This document shows, one piece after another, positions 26,585-43,200 of a stretch of DNA of 64,000 nucleotides; the first letter of the stretch is position 1, and every line of letters begins with the position of its first letter. A model generated the notes under the pieces. The model saw only the letters and a program-made list of their open reading frames with translations, was not told where the DNA came from and made no database searches. The stretch is from contig LN717261.1 of assembly GCA_001244265.2 (NCBI GenBank), positions 2,061,591 through 2,125,590 of the forward strand. The letters run 5' to 3'. The position numbers were made by a program, and so were the translations under genes. Source of the stretch: Microbotryum violaceum (lineage: Eukaryota).

Positions 26585-28414
26585 TACTACTAAATGAATC
26601 TGTCGAGACAAAGAACGTCAAAGAACGTCAGAGAACGAAAGACAAACCACGTGACGTGACGTCATCAGCAGCTCTCGGTCCAGCGCGTCCCCGTTAGCTA
26701 GCGCTGTTTCAGCATTGGCGAGACCGCTTCGCCTTCGCCGAGGTTCCATTTCCCGTCAAAGCGGCCTGGCACATGCCTCTATGCTTCCCAGACGACCGGT
26801 TTTGCGTGCCTACCACATCGTAGTGTAGTCCCTTCAACCATCCAGTTCCTGCCATTGCCGAAAAGTCATCTGCAAGCTTTCACGTCCCGTCTCCTGTACA
26901 ACAATTTTCACGGAGAGCAACGGGGCAGCGGAGACGTCGACAGCTACTCGCGTTGCTCCTCCTCCGCACAGTCCGACTCCTCCCGACTCCCGCTCTAATC
27001 GCACAGACGTCGCCGCCAGTAACCTCGAACAATTGCCGAAGCTCCGCGACAACGACGCCTTCGCAAGAAGCAGCCGCGCGAAACCGATCAACACGACGTC
27101 GCGCAAACTGGTTCGTCAATTCAACCTGCACCGGCAGCAGGCAGCCTCAGTGTCGCACGGCAAGTGCAACGGGCCCGCAGTTCTTTACCTCCAAGCCTGA
27201 CATTCGTTCGTCCACTTGAAGCGGTTCCAGACCTCGGGTAGCGTCGGCCAGTGCGCCAATTCCGCCGTTAGGGGCCCGCCAGCGTGTCACGGGGCTTCAC
27301 TCCACGGCGTTCCGCGACATTCTATGAGCCCGGTTTAAGCTGAGACGCAGGCTTCTCCATCTTTCTCCTTCCTGCTCTTCACATCTTACCCAACGCGCCT
27401 GATCCCATCGCCACCTCGAGCTCGCAACATCCGAAGCGGTTGTCGTGGAAGCTCTGCAACAAATACGGGATCAAGAAATGCCTACCACATGCAACATAGC
27501 TACGAATTCGAGTAAGTAAGTTCATGAACTGAGTTCTTGGTGTGGGATTGTTCAGAAGCTAATGGGTAACTACCAAGCAGCAATTCCCTTCAACACGTCC
27601 TCTTTGAATGTCAACCCTTGAGTTGTTTCTTCACCGTCAGCTGGTGACACTGCATGCGTGAGTTATCCCTTGACATGGCTGTGCAGTTTTAGATATGACG
27701 GAGAAACTGATACGATAAACAGACACTGAAAGTCAGTGAAACAGCGGAAGGATTGACTTCGTACGGTTGAGAATCCGGGTCATTGGGACACTCAATGTGA
27801 GTCTTCCCTGCCATTGCTACAGATGGACAACAGCAAGAATACTAATAGTTGTAACAAATCACGCCAGGAACAGGCTCTGGTTGCGTCAAGTGCGGCTCAC
27901 CGAACCGAGGCAGATCCTCAACGGCTCGGTTCGGTGGAGTGACCGTCGTGTTGGCAGGTGTGTGCCAATCTTTCAACAGCACAGCGCAGGGCAGCATGAC
28001 TAACTGACCGGTTGGACTGCAACATCACAGGGGACAAATTTTTTCAAGATGCCTTCCTGTTATTCTCAAGTCATCGCCTGCATAGATCTTCGACGCTTGC
28101 TTCATGGAATGCTGACTTCTGGGGGGAAGTTGAGCTGCTGCTTGACTTCGTACGGTTGAAAATCCGGGTCATTGGGACACTAAATGTGAGTCCTTACTGC
28201 CATTGCTGCAGATGGACAACAGCAAGAATACTGATAGTTGCACAACGTCTCGGAGGTCTGAAGGCCAGCAACAACGACGGCTCGAGCGAGAGCGTTCCGG
28301 TCCGGTCCTGCACAGTGTTTGAAAGCAGCGTAGAACCGTAGCCATCTGCAATAATGTAACAGAACTGCTGATTTTCGATGTGAGGTGGCGCGCGGAGCGC
28401 GCCGCCCAACCTAA
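26585..28414 (+). mobile_element. Non-autonomous Helitron family 2 copy
   Basis: TACTACTAAATGAATC start, body homologous (inverted) to 190-3545, 3' hairpin GGCGCGCGGAGCGCGCC and CTAA|T. Confidence 0.85.
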
Positions 28415-28455
28415 TAGGCTAAGATAGATATCTAGACATCTAATGGGGAACCCTG

Positions 28456-30983
28456 GACCCTACACGCCCAAAAGAATTCACTCACTTTCATCAAGTCGCG
28501 CATACGTTTACCGGTCCAGTTGGAATGCTGAAACCCGTCCTTGAAGCGACGCAGTTGTGAATGAAGGGGCATCAAACGCATACTGTTGTACAATATTCGA
28601 CATCTCAGATCGCATGCTTGTTCTTGATTGATTCAATCAAACTTACTTCAGCTCGATTCTGCCAATTAGTTCGTCGAGTTTTTGCTTGTTTCTCCTGGGA
28701 TGAGCATCAGCGGCGATTTGTGCGCATGTCTCAATGAACAAGTCGTCAATAGCGATGTCTTTCATTGTGCCTGATGAGAGAGGACGAGGAAAGAAATAAA
28801 TGATCAATGAAAAGGAGAAGCCGTCTATAGCTAGCAACACTGACCTTTGATCAGCTGGTGGAGAGGATCAGCCACCATGAGCTCATGCCCATTGACCTCT
28901 AAACAATCCCAGACGGTCTGAGCCTTAGGAAGGGACTGATTCAGTGAACAGGAGCTGAGGGGGAAATCCTGCAAATTTTGCCCTGCCAAGGTGATAGCCT
29001 CCTTCTTTGGCCGCCTTTGTCTGCGCTGTGATTGTCCTGAGCTGGCTTGCTGCCCTTCTGACTTCGTAGGCATCGGCACTCGTACGAGGGGCGGCAGGGC
29101 CTTCTTGAAGCTTGAGTGGCTCTTGTACACAGCTAGCAGCGCAAACAGAGTGAGCCCATGTAAGTCAACTCTGCAGGCGATCAAACGCTAGCTGTCGTCC
29201 ACCTACCAAGGAACGTAGCCCTGAACAAGGGATGTAAGCCAACACGCCTCCGGATAGTCAACAGATACCGGTCCAAAGTACACCCTGATGTATCGATAGT
29301 GGCCATCCGCAAACTGGAAGAGGTGTCGGCCTGAAAGAAGGTGTCTGATCGGAGCCCACAATATCCTGTAGGATTCGAGCTATTCTATCAGAGCTCTCCG
29401 CTACGTCGACCGAGCCGAGACAGCTTACTCTAGAGCTCGATGGAGCACCTTGCGTTTGTATATACGGAACATCTCGTCATTGCCTTTGTCCGCCCCTTGG
29501 ATTTGAGTGGGAGGCGGATGCCACAGCATTAGCAACAGCCAGCCCACCGTTGGCAAATAGAAGCCCCGGGCGATACTCACTTTCCACTTTAGGAAGGAAA
29601 GCTATAACGACCAAACCGCCGTGGTTTTCACTTTTGAGGAATCCAGTGTTGACCCCTAGAGACATATACACAGGATGGGCCAAGGCAGTTCCAGTTCCGA
29701 TCGACAAGACAGTTGAATCCGAGCTGATGTCAATGCGAACGGCCACATCGGTCGGGTCGTCGAGTGTCCTGCGGGCGGCTACTAGTCAGTTCTCTTGATG
29801 GACTTTGCGCCGGGCGATTTCAACATCCATCCAGCGCTTACTTGCATCTCCCACGCTTTGTCTGCGGTATGGGGCGCCCCATATACCCGTTGCTCCTGAC
29901 CGTTTGATTTGACCTCGAACACCTTCATGGGCCGCAGATACTGGTGATCGCAGAATACGGGAATGGAGAGAAGATGCTGGAGCACATGATGCGCGTCCCG
30001 ACATCGGAACGTATGTTCCTGTGAATAGAGGTGTCGAGGTTAATCGGCTCGAACCTGCTCGTGTCCCTGTCCTGGACTGGCAGCGCTTACCAGCTGCAAA
30101 AATGGAAGTTCAGCATCACTATTCGACCACCCTAAGTCCTCCGCAGTTACGATGATTTTTTCTTCGCGCCATTCAGTGTGATGAGCTAAGTAATGGAGGA
30201 GCACGATTTGGAGTTAGGTGGAAGATTGGAGAGCCCAAAACACTTGTACAAAGCTCACCATAGGGTATTTTTTCGATTGTAGATCTGAGTTGAAGCCTGT
30301 TGCTGAAGGCATGGTCCGCCTGCGGAGTGATATCTCGGGACTTCGATGGCACATACCTGAAGAAACGAGGTGTTGAAAGTGACCATCGCATTGAATAGAG
30401 ACTCAGACATTGAGCGAGTCAACAGTGCATACCGATAATTTTTTTCGTCCTGAAACGGATAAAAGACGTTGTTCGGGCCGAACAAATGGGCATGCGGAAC
30501 CGCTGGAGGCAGAGTGTGTTTGTCACAAAGTTGTCCGTCGGCTCGGCAAGCCCAGCCTGCAAGCGGAGGTTGTTCTACTCGAAACTTTCTCTTTTGGCGA
30601 GCGTCCCACTCGGGCTGGTCATCGAGGGTATGATCATACTCAGAGTCTGATGAACTGTCGCTCGAGGAGTCGTCATCGTAGTCGCTACCGCTCGAGTTGA
30701 AGCCATCGACGTCGCAGTCGGGCCAACCGTTTCTGAGGTTCTTCTGTCGTCTGCGGCGTCGGCGAAAGAACTCTTGGCGAGAGCGCTGTTGTCTAAGAAC
30801 TTGGAGGTGACTTCGTTCAGCAGCCGATGACGTGGGTAGTACGCGGTCGAGCGGTCGGGGCCTTTCGTGAACGTGCAAATGTGCTTCGAGATTGCGCACA
30901 TGGTGGAATGATCTCTGACAACCAGCAATGTTGCATCGGAATTGACTCATTTGCGAACGAGAGCCTTCATGTTCAAGCGACAT
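28456..30983 (-). pseudogene. Plavaka-type transposase with N-terminal C2H2 finger, 3'-truncated
   Basis: CNIAGCQRSFHHVRNLEAHLHVH; LLSIPVFCDHQYLRP..RVYGAPHTADKAWEMQ; IDISSDST..AHPVYMSLG; VDYPEAC; ADPLHQLIKG; LRRFKDG..WTGKRM. Ends at Helitron sequence. Confidence 0.8.
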
Positions 30984-31539
30984 CCCGAAGGCCTGTACGA
31001 CGAGTCTACTGTCAGCGAGAGTGGACTGAAGCTGGAGGAAGGCAAGGTAGGCGCGTAAACACAGCCTGAATGCTGGCGTATTTTCTCGGAATGCGCTAAG
31101 TTGTCCAAAACTACGCCGCGCAGCTAGCGCGTTGCGGCGCGACGTGGCAGCAAAGGGGCCACTGCATATGTTGGCGCACGCTAAACCGCGCCCTAAAAAA
31201 ACACCGAAATGCGACGTGTCACGCGCGTTCGTTCTGTTTACCACCTTTTGACTCTCTCCCTCTTCCTCCTCACTCACTCACCGTCCCTTCCTCGCCTCTC
31301 GTCTTGTCTCGGTCGTAGCCCTTCCACCCAGTGCCTGTCCAGCGATCTGTTCACATGTCTTCTCGACCTTCTCGAGCGAGTGCCACCGCGTCTGTACGCC
31401 TTGTTACAATGCGGGACCGCGACACGCCGGCGGACCGACGGGAGAGGGCGCAAGCCCATCAAAAACGAACGGCGGCGAACACCAAAGCGGCCGACAACAA
31501 GCGGCGGTGACTCGATGTCGCTGTCGGTGTCAGCCAAGC

Positions 31540-31860
31540 ATAGCAAAAAAACGGGGGTATTTCGGGTATGGCTTTGGAGTGCGCGCTCTGCTGAGACGAT
31601 CCCGGCGCCATCCCAGCACCATCCCGGCGCTCGGCGCTCAATTCTCGGACGATCCCGGCACGCGCTCGCCCTCTTGGGACCATCCCAGGATCGGGAAGGA
31701 ATTCCAGGACGGTCTCGGGATAGAAAGTCGGACGCTGGAATGACCTCGGGACGGTCCCGGCGGCGCTAGGTTGCCAGTCCGGGTATGGTTCTGGAACTCT
31801 GGTGTAATCACCCATGGTACTGGGAGTAGGAGGTAATTCCGGGATGGTGCTGACAGTGTA
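31540..31860 (+). repeat. Terminus B of CMC/CACTA-like element with subterminal repeats
   Basis: ATAGCAAAAAAACGGGGGTATTTCGGGTATGGCTTTGG followed by ATCCCGG/GGGAC motifs, same orientation as terminus A. Confidence 0.7.
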
Positions 31861-32124
31861 CCAAAATACATAGGCCCCCGCCTGGTCAGAGGCATGGTGT
31901 AGGGCTTGTACAGCATGCGCAGAAGTTCTACCCCACGGGTCCAAAGAATGGCTCTGTATGCTGGCGCAGTACAGATGAAAGATGTGGATTGCCATGAACT
32001 ACGATGGCAGCCGTTGAGGCGAGGCCTCGCCCGGCCAGCCGCCGCAGCCGCCGGGGCCGCCGCCAGCGCCGGCAACGACGAGCTCTAACGAATCTAGATA
32101 ACCAATGGTACAAGGGGAACCCAA

Positions 32125-34730
<2,606 letters not shown>

Positions 34731-35418
34731 TCGCGTAGGCGGGGTACTTCGATTAAGACCCTGTGAAGAGTGAGTTCCGCTCGCTCGAGGCGTTGGAATC
34801 GTCTGCGCGTGGCAGTAGCAGCCGTCAGGCAGGCTTAAGTCAGCAATCGCTCCTCTCGACGGACGGTGTAGATCCGAGTCGCAATTCGCTGTGGATCCGT
34901 GCAACAAACACCCAGAACGACGAGGCGCTGAGGCACGAGCTTACGTTCGGAGGTCGCATCGTGCTGAGCTCGGGAAGAGTGTTGCGGCGAAGAGACTACA
35001 TCGAAGGAAAGTGACCTGAAAGGAGCCCCTTCGGCGAGCCGGTATTTCGCGAAGCGCCCCGAGCCCATCAACACCCTCCGCTCGTTCACGACGGTAGTGT
35101 ACGCCAGTAGGCGCCCTCGCTTCGATTCATCCGGATCGTCGTCGGCCGTTTTCACGGTTTGCATCTTGCACCACGCTGTCGCCGAGCCACGACACAAAGG
35201 ACACATTCGCTCGAACGCTCACAGTGCTTGAAGCGAATTGGTATTCAGATCGAGCGGCTGCTGGCTCCCCGGCGACAGGACCACTTTACTTTGATATGGG
35301 TTAGCTTCGGTACCGACCGGACTCGTCGGTTCTCGATCGCCCGCAATCACTCACTTCTCTTTTTTACATTCCTTCCAAGAACAGGGCAAACTCGAGGGCG
35401 AGGCGGTCGATTCGGATT

Positions 35419-38400
35419 CATACCACGCAAGAAATCTCGAACCACGAGCGGCCAAAGCCAGGACAAAGCAGCAGCATCCAACGGTCCAAGCACAGCGCCG
35501 AGGCCGTCCACCAATGTCGGCGCCACCTCCAAGACCACCGCGAGGTCCCCAGATCGTCCAGATTTCGTGCAGGGACCCTACGCGGACTTTGATCGCGACT
35601 TTGGTGGGTTGTGTGATGACAGCGACGATGATACTACGATGTGTTCCGTCTCCGAATCCGAGCAAGGCGCGATGAACATTGACGAGGGCCCGATGGCCGT
35701 CGAAAGGCCGAATCGAGTGAGTCTCGTCGACGATGGAATACACGATGGAAAAAAAAGGCGGTGTTTCTGGCTAAGGGCATTGACCAGGCTCTACCAACTT
35801 CTTCGTGCGTGTAGACCAACAAAGTGCCAGCCGATCGCTCGGACTTTGAAGGCACGCAATCCGTCGCTCCAGAGGAAGGATCTTGCTTGGACAGCGAGGG
35901 TGACGGCACCGATAGACTTTCCGACAGCGAATGGAGTGTCAACTACGATGAAGAAACATCGGATGACGAGGGCACTGGGTTCCATCGTCGCTATCGTGAC
36001 TGGTCGGACGACTCGGACTCAGTTGCAGATTCAAACTTGGACGACGATGCACCGGGACGGGACGAGCGCGTGCGTTTGGACTCGACGGCGCCAAAGGAGC
36101 AGGTTGCTTGCTTGTCGTTCTCGGATCTCGCCATGTACAACCTGTGCAAGCGCCAAAAGGTGTCGCATACGGCGTACGCCGCTCTCGTCCAATTGATGCA
36201 GGCCCCTAGCTTTGATCCTCGAGCACTGCCCAAAGCGTTTGCGACGCTGGAGAAGAAGGCCAAGTCGAACTTACGTCAGAGCACAATACTGCAACACACC
36301 GTGCCCGTCGAAGTGACGGACTTGAATCTCACGGGTGAGAAACAAGTCACCCGCACAGGGGAGACAAGGGTCTACTCGTTGAGCACGGAGGAACAGTTGC
36401 GGATAAAGATCCTCGAAACCCCTCACCTGCTCGGGCGCTTACACACCGGCATGGGGGTCCATACCGACACGAGGTCGAATGCATGGGAAGGGGACGTATG
36501 GGCCGAGAGTATTGGGGCGAATAGCGGAGACTAACCCGTCGAGGTAGAAAAGCGTCCCGTTGAAGGGAAAGAGCGTGAGTCACACAGGCATCACGAGCGG
36601 TGTAGCTTGCGAGGCCACTTCCTTCGAGACCCCCGGCAAGGGCGTCGCACGTCTTGACTTGATCCGTGGCAAGATCGTGAAGACGGTCGACGCGAATGGA
36701 AAGACCTGGAACCGCGACGTTGGCCAGAAGGCGTTTGCAGACTGCTGCGGACGAGCGCACGAAAAGGCACGAAGCCGCACGAGACGGCTGGACAGTGGAG
36801 ACGGCGCGACCCATACCTGACCCGACCTGGCCCGACCAGGTGCCGACCAGACCCGACCTGACCGGCCTGACCAGGCACAAGTTCCGATCATGCTCGAGGC
36901 AGCTCGAGGCGCGGAGGCGAGGCGCGTCCACCCTCACTGCAGATCGGGGCACTAACAAAACTCAACCCAATTCCTTATCCGACAGGGGATCGAATACACC
37001 CGGGGTGCTTCGTCAAGTATGACGTTCCCGACGACGGCATCGGTTCCCGAACTTTCATCGGCCGGATCAAGACTATCCAACGCACGCCTTCCCCCGTCGC
37101 CGCCGGCGACGGCAACAATGGGGACCACAACTTGCGCCATGACTATCCTCGTCACCTCGTCATTCGCATCCAGCGCCTGTTGATGGCCGATGAAATCACC
37201 TCCTACGTCGCCAGTCGCCTGGGACCGACCGCCGTTCCCCCTTCGGCTTCCGCTTATTGCGAGCAAATGGGTCTGAGCGGGTCCAGTCGACGCCGCTTCC
37301 TCTGCCTCGACACGTTCGATACCGTGCCCTTGGCAAGCATCCAGACACGCCTTACCGGACTGCGATCATCAAAGAGGGCGATGTCTCACCCCCGCGTGGA
37401 CTCTTCGTAGACGTGAGCCTCCAGAATTGAGAGAGGCACACGCTCGCCGCCACTGACCCCGGAGTGCTTGTCGATACAGACGTTGTTGGCGCTACAAGAG
37501 ATCGCCACCGCAGGATCGCGCAAACCGTCTTTGATTGCCGCCAAACATCTTCCCAAGACAATCGCCGAGTTGGAGATTGAAGCGGGAGAGATAGACCCCG
37601 ACATCTTGGAGGTGCATCGTGACCGCGAGGTATGTCTACCGGACCACGTTGCCATCTGACTTCCTTTCTGCCTACCACCATGGCTGACGTTGATCTATCG
37701 CATCTGGAATCGTCCCATCCAGATTGTGGTGGTCATGTCTCTGTACAACGACGCCTTCGCCACCTTCCGGAGTACACACAACACGACGGGGGGCTGCTAC
37801 GGTGACCTGCTGGGCCTTCCCAAGTCTGACCGGGATCGAATGGATAATCGTCTTGTCCTGTGCTTCACGCCGCACGGTAAGTCTCGCACAAGCGCACAAG
37901 CGCACAACTGCCATGGCTTGGTATTGTAGCATGGGTTGACTTGATTATCTGCCCGACCGTGCACAGGAATTAAGTTTGATGATGCTGTCGCGCCGGTACT
38001 TGAGGAGATGCGTCGCCTGACGACCGACGGCTTCGCTCACAAGGACCCCTCGGGTGAAGATGTCCGAGTTTTCGTCAAGATCCTTGGCGGACGGTTTGAT
38101 CTTCCCGAGGCACTGAAGAACGCGGAGGTACTCTCGCACGGCGCCGAGTGTTGCTGTCGCTTCTGCGGGGTTACCAAGGAGGACTACGCGGCGATGGCGG
38201 CGGGTGACATAAACGCGCTCGAGCGCAAGAGGTCGCAGGAAGCTTCGGTTCAGCAACGTGCCAACATATCCGCCGCAGCCCCTCGCGCACAAGCTGCGCT
38301 TCGTCGTGCATGCGGTCTCACTGGTGCGGTCCCTTTGTTCGAGAAAGCGGGGATCGCGCTCGATCCCCACCGCCAGTTCCCGGTGGAACCATACCATCTC

Positions 38401-39261
38401 TTAGCCGGCCTCAGCGGCGACCGAGTGATTCCCGCTGTCATGGCCGTCTTGTCCCTCGAGGGCCGCGCGATATTTTCCAGAGTGCGCACTGCCAACCCCC
38501 CTTACCGCATGGAGGTCGAGGGTAACTTTTTCTCGCATCGGCAACCCAAAACACTACGCCCGCTTCACTGCGTCGGACAAGCTCCGGTTTGTCTCGGTCG
38601 CACCCTTGATCCTCGCGCTTGCCATCCGCGAGACAAACGACCCCAAAAAGTTCGTCAACGCCCAGGCACTTCCTGCGCTCAAGAAGAGCCAAACGCGACT
38701 ACGATCGGGCAAGCTGATCTCCACGCACTTGGGTGTACTCGAACTAGCACTTGACACCCTGAAAACATTTGAAATTCCATCGTTTTTGATGCTACCGCCG
38801 ACCTCGATTCAGACCAACGTCTTTGTGAACTCGTGGCGGTTGGGACGACCCTCCTCACCGATCTGCACGATCCGATGCGTCGACCAAAGAAGGGGCAGAC
38901 CGAGGTCACCGCGAAGTCAATGGCCATGCTCCCCAACATCCACCTCCTTCAGCACCTGCTCGACGCTTCGCAAGATTACGGCACGCTCCTCAACTGCATT
39001 GCTGCCCTCGACGAAGCTATACACCGCATTAGCAAACAGCATGTAGCGCTGACTAATCGTCGCGATGTTTGTCAGTCGTTTTTGCGGCACATCGTGATCC
39101 TTCAGGCGCTCTCGGGCGCCGCGAATGGGCAAGGTTCTGCGCGGCTGAAAGAGCTGATGGAGGCTATACGGCTGGAAGCTCCGGGGTGCTTGCGCTTGGT
39201 CAAGGGAGAGCTCGAGGGAACGGATGACGGTGTCGACGGGGTGTTGCCCACCTCGGATCCT
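35419..39261 (+). pseudogene. CMC/CACTA-like DDE transposase, N-terminal and catalytic part
   Basis: WEGDVWAES; SLYNDAFATFRSTHNTTGGCY..LCFTPHG; RFDLPEA..HGAECCCRFC; DPHRQFPVEPYHLLAG; LPNIHLLQH..YGTLLN..DEAIHR. In-frame stop at 36532 and frameshifts. Cut at 39261 by Helitron DNA. Confidence 0.72.
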
Positions 39262-40212
39262 TGGGAATAACGGGAAAGCATCTTGAGAAAAGTTGTCCCC
39301 TGTAATGTCACAGCCCAATCGGTCAGTGAGTCATGCTGTGCTGTGCTGTGCTGTTGAAAGATTGGCACACCTGCCAACACGACGGTCAGTCCACCAAACC
39401 GAGCCGTTGACGATCGCACATCTTGCAACATCCTGTCCACCAGCTGGAAACATCGACGGTGCTGCATCGGTGCCTCGTCCCAGAGCTCGGCAAGCTGTCC
39501 TTGATTCGGAACATTGCACGTAGAGTCGTCGAAGATGTCGATCGGGATCTTGAACCGCGAATGTGCCGTGCTGCCTTTTGGCAGTAGCAGTGCAGCAATA
39601 CCCGATGATGCAACGGCAAGAACGTATGTTCCCTCTGACCGAATCCGAGCAAGGACCGTTTCTTCCGGGAACGTTTTGCCTGTCCCTCCCGGAGCATCAA
39701 CGAAATCGACGATTTGTGTAGGCGATGACTTGGAAATAACGGGATGGCATTGCTTCGGATCCCCTGTGATGTTACAGTCGAACCGGTCAGGTAGTCATGC
39801 TGCCCTGCGCTTTGCTTTTGAAAGATTGGCACACACCTGCCAACACGACGGTCACTCCAGCGAACGGAGCCGTTGAGGATCTGCCACAGATAGTGAGCCG
39901 CAATTCACGGAACCTGTTTTTTTGTGTGATTCTTCCTTTAGAACTATCAGTATTCTTGCTGTTGTCCATCTGCAGCAATGGCAGTAAAGACTCACATTTA
40001 GTGTCCCATGAACCCGGATTGTCAACCGTACAAAGTCAATCCTTCCGCTGTATCACTGACGTCCAATGTCTGTTTTTCGTGTCAGTTCTTCCGTCATATC
40101 TAAGACTGCACAGCCATCTCAAGGGATGACTCACGTATGCAGTATCACCAGCTGACGGTGAAGAAACAACTCGAAAGTTAACATTCAAAGAGGGAAGGGA
40201 ATTGCTGCTTGG
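39262..40212 (-). mobile_element. Helitron family 2 patchwork fragment
   Basis: Near-identical to 650-1175 plus 1735-1840 and to 2670-2950. Pif1 motifs on minus. Confidence 0.85.
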
Positions 40213-43200
40213 TACCCTAACTAGTAACTAGTAACTAATTACCCTAACTAGTAACTAATTACCCTAACTAGTAACTAGTAAAAAAAAAGTGTGGGTTAAG
40301 GAATGTACCTAAAATCGCTGTTTTTAACTAGGTTGCGGCCCTCCGGGCCGCCTGTGGTGGATGTACCAGCATACTGTTGTGTCTGCCGCACCTGCCTGTG
40401 GTGTCGGGGTTCCGATCAGAAGTCATGTACAAGCGCTGTGGTGACTTTTGTATTTTCCGCGCCGTTTCAACGAAGCTACAGCGCTCCCAGTATTTTCCTT
40501 CTTTTTTTCGCTCACATAAAACAATGCTTCCACTCATATTGCATTTAATGAACCGCAAGCGCGTGGCTTTGCATCATATTGCTTCTACAGCAGAGCTCTG
40601 CTTGACGTGCGAGGCGAGGGCTGGCGTTTGTCACGTGATGCGGTGCGCCGGCGGTGGAGTGTCATTCCGGCAGTCGACCAGCGGCATTAGGGGCTGAACA
40701 ACAAATCAAACCACGTAAATAATCCTGCGCCACTCCCTCGAACCTTTCCTTTCTCCCTCCCACTCTCATCCAATTTTAGTGACACTCATTCAAGCACAAA
40801 CCTTCGCTACTATGCCCTGGTCCCAAGGTCGCCAGGGAGGGCCATCGCAACCTCGCCAAGTCTTGGGCGCGAGGATAGCGCCGTACCATGGGCCAGCTCG
40901 AGCGCCCGCTGCTGGGCGCCCCGCGGCTCGACCCTCTTCGTCCCGCACCGATCAACAGAATCAGCCCCCCGCGCGTCATGACAACAATGCAACCGATCTT
41001 GGCATTGCGACACGTATACGAGCCCGCCGTGCAGCTGTGCAGAACGGACAGCGTCGTCAGCGCGATGGCCAACTCGACGCTGGGCTCGCCCCACCACCAC
41101 CACCTCCGCAAAGGCGAGTGCGCCGGGCTCGAATCGCGCTCAAACCCCTCAAGCCCCACGTTTCGATCCGCGACGACCTCCGCAGACGGCCGTGTGCACC
41201 CACTGCAAGGCTCGGCACTGGGAGTGCGAAAGGTCGAAGTCGACCAGACACTTCAGCGCGTGCTGCTCGCAGGGCAAGGTGCGGCTACCTCCCCCTCCCC
41301 AGCCCAATCTCGAGTATCGGCAGCTTCTTCAAGGCTCGGATAGCGGTCAGTTGCTCCGTCCAACAACGTTCGTCTGCAGTAGACTCACATGCTGAACTGT
41401 TCTACCCACCCACACAGAAGCGGTTGCATTCCGCGAGAATGCCCGGTCGTACAACAACGCGTTGTCGTTCACTTCGCTCGCTGCCCTCTGGGACCAAACT
41501 CAAGTGGGCACGCTAGGACCCCCCGTGTTTCGCGTGTTTGGTCGCCTCTACCATCGACTCGGCGCCCTGATCCCTGCCGTGACTCAACGCCCAACCTTTG
41601 CTCAAACATGGCTCATCGACCCGGCCGAGGCCACCGACACTCGACTTGGACCCGACGGCGCAGACAGTCGCATTCAAAGATCAACGCTGACCAAGCTCGA
41701 GTCCATGTTGCGCACCGGCAATCGCTTTGTGAGGGAGTTCGCATCGGCCAAAGCCCGCGCGGGTTGGGATACGGCCAAAGAGTGGGTCCTGCGCCTCTGC
41801 CTACCACCAGGCCGAGACCGACGCACCCACAACCTTCCTACGTCAAGCACGGAAATGGCGATGCTTATCTGCGATTCCGACACCAACACCGGAGATCGTG
41901 GACCGCAAGACCTTATTCTCCAGGTGCACGGTGATCGATGTCCCGATGGTCGGCCCAAGTACCAAATCGTTAGCTCGCTCCATCCGTCTGCGATGCCTCT
42001 CCGGTACCCACTACTCTTCCCCGCGGGGGAAGATGGCTTCCACCCCAACATTCCTCTTTGCGGTTTCAACCAAGCTGGGCCGCCCATCGCCAGAAACCGA
42101 GAGCAGATCGACAATGGTGTCCAATTGCGCGAGCTACTTGACGGCCTTGGTCCAGATGAAGAAGACGAAGAGGAAGACGATGAGGATGAAGACGAAGAGG
42201 AGGACGATGAGGATGAAGGCGACGAGGAGGACGAAGAGAATGGTGATGGTGAACGTAAGCTAAGCGTCTTCGGCTCATTCTCATATACCTCTCTGTTGAG
42301 ACGCACCCTCAGACTGACATAAATTGTTCGAAATCTAGGACGAAGATCAAACAAGAGGGGTCGAGGTGGGTCAACGAGAGTTTCGCGTTCCCAATACTTT
42401 GCATATCACTTGCACGAACGCGACGACTACTTCTCCATTCCGCATGTCACCCAGCGTCTCTTCCTCGAGTTCGTGATTGACGGATACTCCCAAGTCGAGA
42501 CCGATCGACTCAACTACATCCGGTTGCATCAAGAAAGTCTGCGCCTTACCACGGCCCAAGGCATCACCGACGCTGTTGCCAACGGCCTGACCCCGGATCA
42601 AATTGGACGTTCGGTGATTTTGGGCTCGACGTTCAAGAATAGCCCGCGCGAGATCACGCAGCGCTACCAAGATGCGATGGCTTGCGTCGTCAAATATGGA
42701 AAGCCTTGGCTGTTCATCACGGTGACGTGCAACCCCGAATGGCCGGAAATCAAGGCTGCACTGGGGCCGAACGACAAAGCATGCAACCGTCCGGATCTCA
42801 TTGCACGAGTGTTTGAAGCCAAGCTGAACCGACTCTGCGACGACGTTTTTGGCAACAAGCAACGTGCAGGCTGTTTTGGCGTGGTTCTGACGCATACACA
42901 TGTGATTGAGTATCAGAAGCGGGGCCTGCCACATGCCCATATCCTCATCACCCTCGCGCCGGACGATCATCCTTTGTCGACGGAAGCGATCGACAAGATG
43001 ATCTCGGCCGAGATACCCGATCCTTCGCGCTATCCTGATCTCCACGAGACCGTCACAAAGCACATGCTGCATGGCAAGTGTGGCGGAAACTCGACTCAGC
43101 CCTGCATGGAGAAGGACAAGTACGGTAATCCGAGGTGCAAGCGCCATTTTCCTCGCGAACAGAACCCCCACACCCGCATGCACCCTGAAGGCTACCCGTT

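Noticed and set aside
40213-40282. Interstitial telomere (CCCTAA)
   Set aside because: CCCTAA is never tandem. It is embedded in a longer unit found only at Helitron 5' ends.
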